The notes under the pieces: generated by a model | Databases searched by the model: none | Told to the model about the DNA's origin: nothing | Seen by the model: only the letters and a program-made list of their open reading frames with translations | Program-made: the position numbers and the translations under genes | From: Dipteris shenzhenensis | Taxonomy: Eukaryota | DNA: 64,000 nt | Direction: 5' to 3' (one strand) | NCBI GenBank assembly: GCA_047967505.1 | Contig: CM106538.1 | In this document: one piece after another, positions 1 through 12,815 of the stretch | How positions within the stretch are numbered: position 1 is the stretch's first letter | Layout of the letters: each line of letters starts with the position of its first letter

Positions 1-1074
1 GACACCTTCTTCCTGGGGTGGCCCGATCCATGGTTTGGAGAGGGGTCCAAGGTGGTACGACTTCTTTTCCCAAGGTCAAGGATCTCTACGTCAGAATCCT
101 CAGTGCCTGATTCACTTAGAAGATTCACCCTTGGAATATTGGGACATTCCATGCGATAATGACCCTTCTGGTGGCACTTGTAGCATACAACATTAGCACG
201 GTCTCTTGGAGGGCGGTTGGCTTGATTTCTGATGCCCACCATCTCAAGCTGAAGATCATTCAGGGCCTTGGCTAGGTCATTGACTCCAGAATCTGTTGCA
301 GGAGGGCCTCCTTAGCTGGAGGGGCCGAGGGAGTAGAAAGGAGGGGGGCTCGTGGGCGAGGTTGGGGAAATCTTCGAGGCAGATGGTGAGAATATACACC
401 TTGTTGAGGGTAAGCATCTAAGGGAGGACCATACATTTGAGGTGGAGACGGTGGATACATCCCTGATGGGGGTGGGAATATGCCCCTGAGTTAGACCCCC
501 CAGGTTGTTGTTGCAAGAATTGAGGGGGTTGCGGAGGGACAATCGTCTTCTTTGAAGCGGGGTCAGACTGAACTTTATCAAACTTTTGAGCAATCTCATG
601 TGCTAGCACCATAGTTTCTAGATTCTCCCATTTAAGCTTGAGGCGGAATTCGTCACTTGCTCCTACTACAAGGTAGCCCAACACATGCTGAGTCATTCCA
701 GCTCGAAATCCGGCATTGTTCTCCTGCGTGGCAATTAAACAGTCCAGGAGCACGGCCGCTCGATCCACATATCGACACGCCGTCTCACCTTCTGACTGCT
801 TCAAGTTTGCCACATGCAGGTACACATTCTCTAGCTCCTCTTCTTTGCCAAAATACTCAATCATTGCTACTGTTAACCTTGGCTAGCTTTGGTAAACATC
901 TTCGGCCTACTTCTCATACCACACTTGAGCCAAACCCTTTAGAAATGTGGGAAGAACCAACAGCCATCTGTCTTCAGTAAGAAAGTTGAGAGAAGCACAA
1001 TGGCGCTTGAAGGCCACAAGATACTCATTTGGATTTTCTTCAACTCATCCACAAAACACGAGAATGTCAACCAT
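1..1074 (-). pseudogene. Ty3/gypsy gag (retrotransposon gag domain + CCHC zinc knuckle), degenerate, runs off the left edge
   Basis: The minus strand from ATG 1074 reads MVDILVFCG*VEENPNEYLVAFKRHC...FLRGLAQVWYEK*...MIEYFGKEEELENVYLHVANLKQSEGETACRYVDR (ORF 418..864). A zinc knuckle CYKCHQKGHYRMECP lies at ~141-186. Several in-frame stops. Confidence 0.85.
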
Positions 1075-1659
1075 GCTTGGAAGATGGAAAAGAGAGAGGC
1101 AAGACGAGGATTATCTATGGACAAACAATAGAAAGAGGAAGCTTGAACTGAAAATCGGGTGAAGATACATGCACAAAGTCACATAGGCAGGGTGGGGTGT
1201 GACTGGTGTATTGTGAAATACTACCCAGGAAGAATCTTTAGCATAGAATAGCACATAGACAATCTCAAAAGGACCAACTCTCATGATATCACATCCATCT
1301 TTACAAGCGAGGGTTAGAGACACGGTATTGCATGAGGTTGTTCATCAAGGCAAACAAGAATGCCATGACAAATGTCAACAGTTGGAGAGCTTGCACATCA
1401 CCTTTAGCTTCTTCCAGTTCTTGTAGTCGCCATGCTATTTCTTCAAGGGGTGTGTGGTCTAGCATCCTTCCTTTGAGCAATGTCCTTGAGGACCTTTCTG
1501 ATGATCTTCCGAAGTCGATAAACTCATATCAAATATGCCCAACTCTTAGTTTCATGATGACCACAACCTTTGCATTTCTTATAAATGATCACCCTCCTTC
1601 GTGGCTTGCAGCTTTGTTGGGTTGGTGCTTCCACTCGTGTCATGCGTGATTGAAGTACA

Positions 1660-2043
1660 TGCTTCACGTTCCAAGAAATCAACAACTAGATTTCGAGCTC
1701 AAGGGATATGCTGAATTTTTACCTCTTCAAATTGGTTGCAAAGTTCCAATGCTTGTTGATGTCGTGGAACCAAGCCTTTGCTCCACACCTTCCAGCTTCC
1801 ACTAACTTGTTCACACACTAGTTGAGAATCTCCTTGCACCTCAAGTTGCTTGACGTGATGTTCTTGTGCCTTTTGTAGCCCAAAAGTGAGTGCCGAGTAC
1901 TCAGCTTGATTGCACGTACTCGCAGGTGCAGACTTGCTATAACAATACTCCTCACCACCCAGTGAAGTGAGCTTCACACCCATGCCAGTAGCCTTGGTCG
2001 AAGGTTTGTAAGCTCCATCAAATTGAAGAATCCAAGATGTCAT
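1660..2043 (-). pseudogene. Archaeal-type RNase HI (aRH-like) domain in the retroelement leader, with one premature stop
   Basis: MTSWILQFDGA...CNQAEYSAL..GL...LEVQGDSQLVCEQVSGSWKV...QHIP*ARNLVVDFL. All four acidic catalytic positions are recognisable. The TGA at 1699-1701 replaces the expected Arg of HIPR. Confidence 0.88.
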
Positions 2044-2859
2044 CACACCAAGACTAAAATCTAGACATCCCAAGTTTCTCGGTAATCCAAGATAGGTGGA
2101 AGGAGAGGGTGGGGAGAATTCAATACTTGAGCCAAATGTTCAGCACCAAATAAACTTGCAATCCTTTGTTGATAGTTTATCTTTAGACCAAAAAAAAATT
2201 ACAACTTGAAGCTCAAAATGAGGCACAAAGGGTTGATTAGGTACAAATGGATTCCTTGGTCGAAACATTACCAACCATAGCCGAGGCCTAGAAACCTTTG
2301 CAGTGAGATTGAGAATAAACCATTCAAGATGAGCTTATCCACAGGAATTAACAAGCAGATGCGCCAAATCTCCCCCCAAGCTTGGGGAGCATCCCACCCT
2401 TTGATGAAGGACACCCTTTTAATTACCTCCGAAGCAGCAAGTAGCTCGATCACCGCACAATGAGTAGAATTAAAATCAAAGTTCTCCCAGCGTATCAATA
2501 GTTCTTCACCTTGAATCAACGATAGTGTATCATCCCACCCGTCATCTCCTTGAACAATGCACTAGACAATCAACCGTTGAAGGTCGACATGAAGATCAAG
2601 AAAGAGATCTTGCCAATTGGTAGCTGTAATGAGCAGAGGACCAGGCACCAAATCCTTAAACTCGTCGAGAAGTGACATAAATATCCACACTCTTCGTGTG
2701 GCATGCGTCCGTGAAGTGGACTTGGAAAAGTTCCGAATCGGCGATCTAGTAAGAGATGTGAATAGAACACATGAAATGAAGTACTTTTTCTTTTTATAGC
2801 AAGAGTAAACTCCCCACGGTTAGAGAGTTACAGTTCCCAAGATTTCAATATACAAGCAA

Positions 2860-2930
2860 AAATCGTTGGCCCAATGGTAAGTCTCCCTTTTCTGAAGGGG
2901 GAGGTCTTGGGTTCAAATCCTACTCTTTAA
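2860..2930 (+). ncRNA. tRNA-like / SINE-head Pol III cassette (not a complete tRNA)
   Basis: A-box TGGCCCAATGGTAAG (~2867), anticodon-like arm CCCTT-TTCTGAA-GGGGG, variable loop AGGTC, B-box GGTTCAAATCC (~2910-2920), then a T/A-rich tract. The acceptor stem does not pair. Confidence 0.55.
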
Positions 2931-3044
2931 TTAAAAAAAGAGGAATGGAGAGGAGAAGGAGAAGAGAAAGAGAAAGAAAAGGAAAAGAAGAAGAAGAGAA
3001 GAGAGAGGGGGGGGTGTGGGATCTGTTACAGTTTTGCAAAAACT

Positions 3045-3200
3045 CAGAAAAACTGTCCGCGACCAGAAGACGCAGGAGCCCAGAAAACTATCACGCGGGT
3101 GAACACAGTAGATGCACGAACCCAGAAAAACTTTCCGCAACCAGAAGACGCAGGAGCCCAAAAAACTATCATGTGGGTGAACATAATAGACGCACGAATA
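3045..3200. repeat. Tandem repeat, 2 x 78 bp, in the retroelement leader
   Basis: CAGAAAAACT..CCGC.ACCAGAAGACGCAGGAGCCCA.AAAACTATCA starts at 3045 and again at 3123. Confidence 0.85.
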
Positions 3201-3523
3201 TGCGCGCAGGAACTTAGAAGGAGCACAGATGTTATAGTTTTGCAGATGCGACCGGTACGAGTAGAAGATTCGTCGGCCAGAATACACCTAGGAACCGTGA
3301 GCAGAAGGCAGGCAGACTGAAAGTGCAGAAGCAGGGAGGTTTTGCAACTGTAGAGATAGGGAAGGCACACAGTTTGGAGGTGCAAAAGTAGAGAACTGCG
3401 CACGAAAGAGGCTGCAGAGCCATACCCAGTCATAGGAGTAACATGTTTTACACCACTAGCCATGGAGATTTCGATCCGAGCAACCACACCATTTCTGTTA
3501 GCTGGAAAAGAAATCAGGACAAG

Positions 3524-4420
3524 TGGCTAGATACTAAGCATGGTGACGCTCAAGGGCCATAGAGGAAAGGAGAACGAGAGGGCGAAACGTTATCATGGGG
3601 GGGGAAAAAGGATTAGAAGGGGAGGGAATGAAGAGGGAGACTATGGCACAAGGGGAAAGGGAGAGGGGGAAGAGAAGCATGTACATGATGGGAGGAAGAG
3701 TAAAGATGGAGACATCAAGGGAAGAGGGCCATGCTTTATTTGAAAGGAAGGGAAGGGGAAATCAAAGTACTAGCTAGGTGGCTTTACAAGAATGAGTGTG
3801 TCTCATCAAGGAATAACCCCCTCCTTTTATAGCCAAGAGAGGGGGTCTCTCCCAATAAATGCATCCTCCCACATGCATGGTGTGTGTGGAAAAGTCTCCC
3901 ATGTGGGCTAGGCAATTATGCACTCTCAATTGTATGCGACAACCCTTTGCCTCATTTTTCCACATAAATCAAGCCCCATATCTCAAGTCTATGATACTTC
4001 CTTGGTCTCTCCCCAATTTTATAATACGTTTAAACCTCTAGGAGGACAAGTGGAGGGTTGGCACAAGGAATCTTGCCACCTCATCCTACTTTTCCCATTA
4101 TTTAACTTGCATTCTTGGACCTTCTATATCTCCCCCACATGGGCCTATCTACATGGAGGGAATAATCCAATATAATATCCATCTCCACCTATTTTATATT
4201 ACTTCTCCCATAGACTTTGGGCCATATCTCACTAAATGCAGTCTAGGTGGAGGGGTGGCACATGGAGGAGCCATGCCACCTTACATTTTATAATATTACT
4301 ACCATGGATTATGTACATCACACCTTATGGGTCCTCTTATGTGGAAGGGTGGCACATGGTCATGCCCTACCACCTCAACCCTGGGCCCTATGCACACCAT
4401 ATTTTATTATACTATTGCCA
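3524..4420 (-). mobile_element. Probable degenerate tRNA-Met PBS and 5' LTR of the left-hand gypsy element (right boundary approximate)
   Basis: Minus-strand TTAGTATCTAGCC (~3525-3537) resembles the PBS TGGTATCAGAGCC. A minus-strand TATA box CTATAAAAGGAGGGG lies at ~3817-3831, followed by a pyrimidine-rich U5-like tract. Confidence 0.4.
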
Positions 4421-4479
4421 CACATACAAACACACACTCATATTTATGCCTTTTTTAAAAGACAAATTTATTCATAACA

Positions 4480-4553
4480 ATGCACACGCACATGCACACC
4501 CACACGCACATGCATACGCACACACACATGCACACACACATGCACATATGCAC

Positions 4554-4584
<31 letters not shown>

Positions 4585-4726
4585 TGCACATGCACATGCA
4601 CATGCACATGCACATGCAAATGCACACGCACATGCACACGCACACGCACACGCACATGCACATGCACACGTACATGCACACACACATGCACACACACATG
4701 CACACACACATGCACACGTGCGCATG

Positions 4727-4753
<27 letters not shown>
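4480..4753. repeat. Compound microsatellite (CACATG/CACACG/CA)n
   Basis: Directly visible; it generates the spurious HTHM/CVCV ORFs. Confidence 0.95.
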
Positions 4754-4757
<4 letters not shown>

Positions 4758-5139
4758 AATTTGTCTACTCTACACTAACTACATGCATGCTCCATGAAAA
4801 AAACACATGCTTGCTACAATGGCATTATATAGAACTAGATGTAGATTACAACCTCCAAGCCCAATTACCTAGTATTATATAATCATTAAACACATGCTCA
4901 CTACAATCACATTCTTGGAATAACTGTAAAAATTGAGGATATTTTGAGAAGAATATCTTGATTGGTATAACTATAAAAATTGAGAATATTCTAAGAAGAA
5001 TTATGTATCTACCCACTTGGCATCAAGTGCCAATAGTAGTTAGACTATTAAGAGTTTGAGTATCAAGTGATAGCCTAGTGGCTCTCACTTATTTCTATTT
5101 TCTAAGAAATTGTATGGGATTGAGAGGATGAGTGGAATG

Positions 5140-6038
5140 AATCATGGTAAATACCTTGTGTATGAATGATAAATACCTTGGTATGGGGTGAGAGTTATTT
5201 GTGTATGGGATATTATGGGGTTTTTAGAAAATAAGAAGAGTGAGTCATATAAAGACATGGGCTCATGTCCATGTGTTCCAATAATATAAGAGAGGCCACA
5301 TGCCGTGTGTGGAAGGCATGTGGAGTCAAGAGGAATCCTTCTAGAATTTCTATGTGGAATGTCTTGAGCATCTTTTGATGGGACACATGGCAAGAGTAGC
5401 CAAAAAGGACATGGATGGTGACATACAGGCTTATGTGATTGATGGGGAAAGGAATCTACAGGCAGCAATTGTAAATGGGTGAAGGAGGGTGACAAAATCT
5501 CTATAAAAGGAGCCCTCCTCTCCCTTGTTCATCATATCTTCCACCATTAGGCCTCATGTTGCTGTAGCACTAGTCTCCTCAAGCCTCTTCCATGAGCCTT
5601 CTCTCTCCTTGTAGATATTCTCTTATGTAGACGCTTGAGTCCATCTCTCTCTAGTTCATTCTCTCTCTATGAATAGTCTTGGAGTTTCCGCTCCCTCTTG
5701 TACGTATGAAGCCTCTTCTTCTCCCTTGTGTTTGTAGTATTTTGAGTTGCAGTAGAGTGTAGTCTCACTCTATTGGTAATGAAGGTCACTTCAGGTTCTC
5801 TCTCTTGAGTGTCTCTTCCCTTTTTGCCATTGCTTTCTCTTCCAAAGTGCTTAGAAGTATTGTCTATTCGGCTACTCATTGCGCATACATGGTTTATCTA
5901 TTTCCCAAGCCACAAAGGGGGCTCTTTCTTCCCTCTTAGCTGACCTCTATGGGACTTGGATCATTGATGAAGTCTAAGCATGGAGGTAGTATTCTCCCAA
6001 GTCGGCACTAGTAGAAGGAGTAGATGTCTTTCGTGACA
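5140..6038 (+). mobile_element. Possible solo/partial LTR (left boundary approximate)
   Basis: TATA box CTATAAAAGG at ~5501, then a CT-rich R/U5-like tract ending ...TCGTGACA. No partner LTR or TSD was found. Confidence 0.3.
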
Positions 6039-8598
6039 GTTGGATCCCCTGTTAGTATTTTGCTCATAACTTTTCGCTCGATGGTCCAATTTGGATGAAA
6101 CTTATACTAGCGTGAAGCTCTCTTCAAGGAACATAATTGTATGTCTTCACTTATTGTATTAGATATAAAACCAAAAGTATACGACTCTCTATGTGTGATA
6201 GTTTCTTTTTTAGATAGTTTTTACCCCCATTTAGTAAATTGCCCATATCTTTCCGACTGCTTCTCTATTTCTTACGAAACTTGTATAAGAGCGAAGCCCA
6301 TTTCAAGGTGCATCTTAATATGTGTGCAAATATTTGATATCATGTCTCTGCTAAAAGTTATGGGTCTCTGTGTTTTATGATATTTTGGAGAGTGTTTTGA
6401 GGTAATTGTAAAGGTATCTATGAAGGAGGTGCAATGTTTCCCCGGAACCTATGCATCCGACCCAATCATCCCCTTCAAACTCCTCAATATATATCAGTTC
6501 ATGTCATGTTGAGCCGTAAGATCTTCTTTCAACAATGTATTGCTCTTTTCTTTGGCACAGACTGGCTTGCTGAGATTATGGCCTCCGCTGATCCTTTCCT
6601 TCTCCCTATGCTTGAGTACAACATTACTTGCGATGTTTCCATATTCTCATCTAAGGGAGGATAGTATGGTGTGGTATCTTGGTATAAAAGCTTCTTTTAA
6701 TGTCCCTTTCCTAGTGATGAATATCTCGATCACTTAGTTCGAAAGTAGTAGGAAGTGAAGAGGTGTGTGAAGTTTATTACCCCCAACTTCCTGTCATAGT
6801 ACCTGTGGTAATCCTACCTCAAGTCCTTTCTGTTATTTGGAGATTCCCCTACATCTCTTCCACTTCTGATGGTTTTTAGTAACTTTTGATCATTTATTGG
6901 GATCTTGTGGTGTCCTCTACTCCCTTTTGGATGACTGCCCTTCTAGGGAAATAGGCAGCCACATGCCCCACTTTCTCACATCTAAAGCAGTTTCTTTCCT
7001 GGCAAATAATCATTGGCGTTTCCTACTATTTAAGAGCACTGGGTAGCCATGGGCCTGTATTTCTTTGCAAATCCATGCCCTTTTTCTTGGCAAGTCCATG
7101 CCCTTTTCCTTGTGGGGTTGATTGCTTCCTGGTGGAAATGGCAAGACATCCATGGTAGAAATCCATGAATTTTCAACTCTATCTTAACATCTTCCTTGTG
7201 CATAATTCTCAAACAGTTTTGGAATAAGACTGGCTATAGCATCGATTTTGCTAGTTCAAAGAACACTTAGCTGAAACTTTTTTTAAAGGCCTCTTTGAAG
7301 GGAAAGTTTGTGTTCTTTCATTTCTAGTGCATAATTAAAGCATTCATTATGAATTTACAAATGACATTACATCGTTACCATCTACGGAGCTCAACAGATT
7401 GTTTTGGCATTTCTTTGAAATGGAGTATTTTGGAGTGCAAGATCGTACAAATAATATTGTGTCATTGCAACTACAATGCTTAATGATTTTTTAAGGTAAT
7501 TCTTTCAAAAGGATTGTTGATGTCTAGAGCCTCATAAGCCTCATAGGCTGAAGCCAGTGATTTTGTGCATACATGCACTCTTGTTTATGTGTTTATAGTA
7601 TAGGTACACTTATTCAATTATGTGTTTGGTTTTTTTACTTACTTGCTTCAGTCACTAGTTTAATCACCCTTACTTGTACTTGATAGTTTCTCACAATTAA
7701 AACTTTGTTTTAATTTCCCATAGTTTAATGTCTTTAATTTGTCTGATTTTTAACCTCTTTTTAACTCCTTTAATGCCCTTTCTCTATTTCACCTCTGTCT
7801 AGCAAGTGCAATTTTCTTTATTAATGTGTAGGCCTAACCATTTTGGTCCTTCATTCATGGTCTCATATTTTCCATTATTAATGCATTCACTCCCCCTTTT
7901 TTAAAAAAAGTGTGTAATTCATTTGAATTATGTATGTCAAGTTTTCTTACATAGATGCATAAATTTTTTATAATTCTTTAGTCCATCACTCTATTCAAGT
8001 GTTAAGGGTTAAACCCCCTATTTTAATTTCTATATATTATGATATAATTCTTAGTTTTGCGTAAAAGAGAGATGGACTTTATTCTTACTTAAGAGTGTGG
8101 ACTTACCCCTAGGGTTTAGACACTCAAACAGGGGTTATGGATTACCCTCCCTAATTTCTGGCTTCGTAAATCATATATATTTTTAAAATTTTCATAACAA
8201 GGTTTAAGCTCTTAACATATGGGTTATGCATAGATTACCCCTCCCTAATTTTTAGCTTCATAATTAAAAGACATTTTTAAATCTTTACACGAATCAATTT
8301 ATGACTTTCCACAAGATATTTAGAATTTATATGGTTGTTTGGTTCTTTGGTAAAGCAATAACAAGCTAGGGGACACAGGCATTACCTATCCACCCAAATC
8401 AAGCTATATTGTTCGAACAATGGTTTATTTGGATGGTGGCACGAGTGTGGACCTTGACCATGGAGCTTGGAATACCTTATGGATTCAACACTTTTGTGCC
8501 AATTTTATACATATTGAATATACATGCATATAATGAGATATTCCTTATCCACCCTTATTTGAGCTTCGTGTGCTGTGTTGCTAAAAGGTTTTATTTTT

Positions 8599-8644
<46 letters not shown>

Positions 8645-8711
8645 CATATACATATACGCATATGTATATACATATACATATACATATACTTTTACATATA
8701 CATATACATAC

Positions 8712-9030
8712 TTTTTTTTGGGGGGTGAAAACTTTGAAGGCTTTACATTACAAAAGAGCGATCCCACAAAAACTGGTAAGCCACAAGTTTACATCAAGAG
8801 AAATTCTCCATGTAGGACAAATATACATCATGATCTATGTAGTGAGATTGCAGACAATCGAAGGGTGATTGCTACAAAGAACGACAGAAGAAAACAGAAG
8901 TAGAAAAATTTGGATCACCAAAGACTCTACGATTTCTATCTTTCCAGAGAGACCAGAGTGCCCAGACCTAGGTAAAGAACAACTCAAAATATAGCTATTG
9001 AGGATAGATCCCAAACAACCAGAAAAGCTT
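8712..9030 (-). mobile_element. Short LINE 3'-end fragment inserted among microsatellites
   Basis: The minus strand ends TTTTCACCCCCC-(A)n, the same terminal motif as the LINE tail at 61511-61535 (TTTCACCC-(A)16). It is flanked by (CA)n/(TA)n repeats. Confidence 0.4.
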
Positions 9031-11335
9031 GCCCCCCCCCCCCACACACACACACACACAGTGTGTGTGTGTGTGTGTGTGTGAATTCACTCTTAAAACC
9101 TCCTTAAAACCCTCAAAAGGCAATGAGAAACTACAAGAAAATTGGTTTAATATACAGATGGGAGATATTAGGACTACTTTATGCCTTGGTAGATACATTC
9201 ATGGACAATAAAAGTAATGATTGCACATCTAGAAACATGAGTACCTATTATCATTTTACACATCATTTAATGCTTTTTGCATTATTCCTTCACAAAGCTC
9301 TTTAAGTATCCTTATAGTACAATGAGTTGGAGGCATCAAACTTTTTAGTACAAAAGTTGAAACAACTATATTGATTCACCATCATACTATGATGGACAAA
9401 ATTTCTTATGTGAAAATCAAACCATATTAGATTATGATTTATCACCATAGAACTATGACACTACTCTTGACCTATAATGAAGGTATTTTGGCATAATCAT
9501 AGTTTGGCACTCCATGTGACATCTATTGCCTACCTAAAGACAAATACTTTCTTGTTCCATTTAGGCTACAATAACTTCATTTTTGCTTTGAAAGTCTCAG
9601 AGGTGAAAAAATAGAAGTGTAAATTTATTTAACATATGATAACATAGGAATAAGAGAATACTTTGGTGTATGTACATATCATGTTTGGGTGCCCTTTATT
9701 GACAAGAGACACTAGGGGTGATTTGGGATCTCAAAAGGGCCCCAAATTAGTGTTTCCTAACCTTTAGTATTAGGGTCCAAGGTTTTAAGGTGGACCAATG
9801 GGAGTTTGTGGGCCAATGCCATGTTGAGGTGGCACATAGGCATTCATGAGGAAAATTCCATCGGCTCCTTCTCTTATACAGGGCCACCGAACCCATCTCC
9901 CTCCCTACTCCCCCCCCTCTTAACCCATGCTTGACCCTCCCCACAATCCAGGCCCAATCCACCTTCCACTTGCACCTAGACCATATATGTCCCAAATCTT
10001 CATCAATGCTGAGATTATCCATAGGCTATGCTTACACTAGCCTGTCGATCTTCTATTCCCTCCTCCTTTGGCCTAGTAGCTCCTCCCTGCATTTTTCAGT
10101 TTAAACTTGTAGCAGCCTACAAAATCTCTTGCCGCTTCTCTCCTACTACCTGATCTTCCTCCACTAGCACACTCTAGATCTACTCCCCTTCTCTCTAGAA
10201 CTCTTCCACTTTCCTTCCTTGTGTTTCACCCTTAGTACCCCCCTCATACTCAATTTGTGTCTCCTATATATATATATATATATATAATTCCTATTGTTTT
10301 CTCCCCCCCTTCTAATTAAATTACTCCATTGGCATCTCTGTAGTAGTAAACACCTTCACCCATCCCTTATTTGCTATTTCATTGTTGTGCAAGCATGGTG
10401 AGGAACATCTCCACCATGCACATGACCGTGTAATGTTGTGGCTAATTATATGTTTCCCAATACCAAACCTGCATTGGTTGAGTGATTCTAATACCCTCAT
10501 CCAATTTCTATCATGACTAATATTAGAAAAAAACAAATACAAATTTGAATAAAATCAAAATAAAAAATTATTTATTACTAAATTCTGCTAGTGTGTAACC
10601 TTTACTTGCTCAAATGGTGGAGTTCTCAATGTTTTCTCTTTCTGGTTATATATGCAATTGTGCTTGACTGAGGGGTTCATGACTAAAATATGGATTAAAG
10701 GAGATGAGTGTGACGTTTTAATGGTTTTGAAATAGTGAGATGTTGTTGGTCCCAACAAAGTCCAAAAGATTGGATAATAGAGCATTGAATTGTCTCACTA
10801 GCAATTGTGTCACATGGAAAGAGAATTGTTCAATGTTGAGTGCTCACCGATGATGGGAGAGAAAAGGGATACTTGATAATGTCTTTCATTTTTAATTTTC
10901 ACATATAGCCACAAACACCCACATGGCTTACCAGTATCCACGACATAAGAGGGCCTACAATGAGGCAATATGAGCCTAATTCAATTTGTTTGATCTACAT
11001 GGAAAGCTGTTCGCTGAGATTCTGGAAGGGAAAGTTGATTTTCTAAAGCAACAAGAAAAGCCAAGATTGTGGTGACAACTTTACACCATTAATATACCGT
11101 GAAAGCTAGAAAGAAAGCTAAGGAATGTCCTAGTGCCAACTTTACACTGTTAAAGCCCGTTAGAAAATTGGAAAGCTGATGGACAAACAAAAGCTAACGT
11201 TTGGAAGCAACCGAGGTGCATGAGCACGATAAAAGAGAAGGCAATGAGCTCGCATTTGCCCACCAATGCTCTAGCTTTGAGAGTTGTTTGCTGATCTTTT
11301 ACTCCCACTCCTGCCTACTTCCTTCATAGTCCTCA

Positions 11336-12451
11336 ATGGCAACTCACAGTCTGCTCTTTTGCTTCTCCTTTGCTCTCTCCTTTGCCTTCCTTGCTGCATG
11401 CTCAGGTATTACGCTTCAGCTGTTGTTCAATTCCATTGTTAGCACACAACAGGGTAGTGTTGAAGCCTTTGCTTTTTAGTCCTTTAGCTTCCTTGTTTGT
11501 TTCGCTGTAGAGGAGTTTTATCCTCCTCTCTCAATCTCCTTCAAAGGTCTTACATAGTACGTATTCTCTAGTATACACCTGAACTCGCACACGCACCCAA
11601 TCCTATGAGTGTCACAGCTTGATTAAGACGTAGTTGGCACGTAGATTTACTATTTTCAGTGTTGCGCTAACCTTCATATCCCCATATCCACGGTCCAATT
11701 ATATTTGTGCCAAAACGTACATTGACACAGTACCACTTCGCTCAATACATTGGTTTGTCTCAGCTCCAAGGGCTTATACGGTTTGGCATTTTGCAGCAAG
11801 CAGAGAATATAACAACTACCCAGCCTGGGTCGGGGATAGATCGGACGTTGCGGGTTCTGATTCTTCGGTATTAAGCTTGAGCGCCCAGCTCTCTGGGCTT
11901 CATGTCCTTTCCGTGTGTATTGTTGCCAGAGACGACATCAGAATAGCTATTTTCTGCCCCTGGTGTCTCTGTAGCTTCATGACTCATTTTACTTGTCTAC
12001 AGTCTCGCATGAGCATAGATCTCGTAAGAACTTACCTCTGTCGATATTTTGCAGGTGCAAGCGAACCCAGGAGTTGGTGACCAGAAAGTATGGTGCGTTG
12101 GCAAGCCGGCCGCTGAAGATTTTTATCTGAGGCGGAACATCGACTATGCGTGCGGAGAAGGAGGTGTAGACTGCAGCCATATACTCCCAGGAGGAGCCTG
12201 CTTCATGCCCAACACTCCAATTGCACACGCTTCATACGCCATGAACATGTACTATCAGAAAAATGGGCGGAACTGGTGGACTTGTCACTTCAACAATACC
12301 GGCCTTGTTGTGTTTACAGATCCGAGTAAGAGCTATCTTCGACAGTCCCTTCGAATTTGTGCTCTGGATTATGCCTTTGACAGGAGAATTTTCTAAATGC
12401 TAGATGGGTTGTGCAGGTTTTGGAAGTTGCAAATACGTACCCCAATGGTAG
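11336..12451 (+). CDS. Secreted stand-alone X8/CBM43 (beta-1,3-glucan-binding) protein, Ole e 10-like; 4 exons: 11336-11405, 11764-11867, 12055-12325, 12417-12451 (159 aa)
   Basis: GT-AG introns join in frame (70+104+271+35=480 nt). Signal peptide MATHSLLFCFSFALSFAFLAACS. X8 motif WCVGKP...NIDYACGEGGVDCSHILPGGACFMPNT..HASYAMNMYYQ......CHFNNTGLVVFTDPSFGSCKY, with all six Cys present. Confidence 0.9.
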
Positions 12452-12732
12452 ATGCACAGGCTGTCGTGCAGAAAAGGCCGGTTACTCGGAACCGTGAGGA
12501 GTACGCGGGCAGTTACCTCGTGGAATAAGCTACACAGGCTCTTAGAAAGGATTTGTATCTCTGTACCTTCCTTAAGAACACCACGCTGTCATGCCATTAT
12601 CGCCAGCGTTCCGCAGCTCAAATCGTGTTGCGTGTTGTTCATATCATTGCTTTTCTGTAAACGTCTTACTTTATATATGAAGCGTTTCTGTTACTTATTG
12701 AACGACATGCAGCCCACGACTCCAATGCAGAC

Positions 12733-12761
12733 ATAGATAGATAGATAGAGATCGGAGTAAG

Positions 12762-12806
<45 letters not shown>

Positions 12807-12815
12807 CGCGCGCGC
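12733..12815. repeat. (ATAG)n-(AG)n-(CG)n microsatellite downstream of the X8 gene
   Basis: Directly visible. Confidence 0.9.

Noticed and set aside
4236-4797. ORFs rich in HTHM / CVCV / CACA
   Set aside because: Translations of a compound microsatellite; not metallothionein-like or His-rich genes.
9033-9083. (CA)n immediately followed by (GT)n forming a palindrome
   Set aside because: Simple-repeat juxtaposition with no evidence of function.
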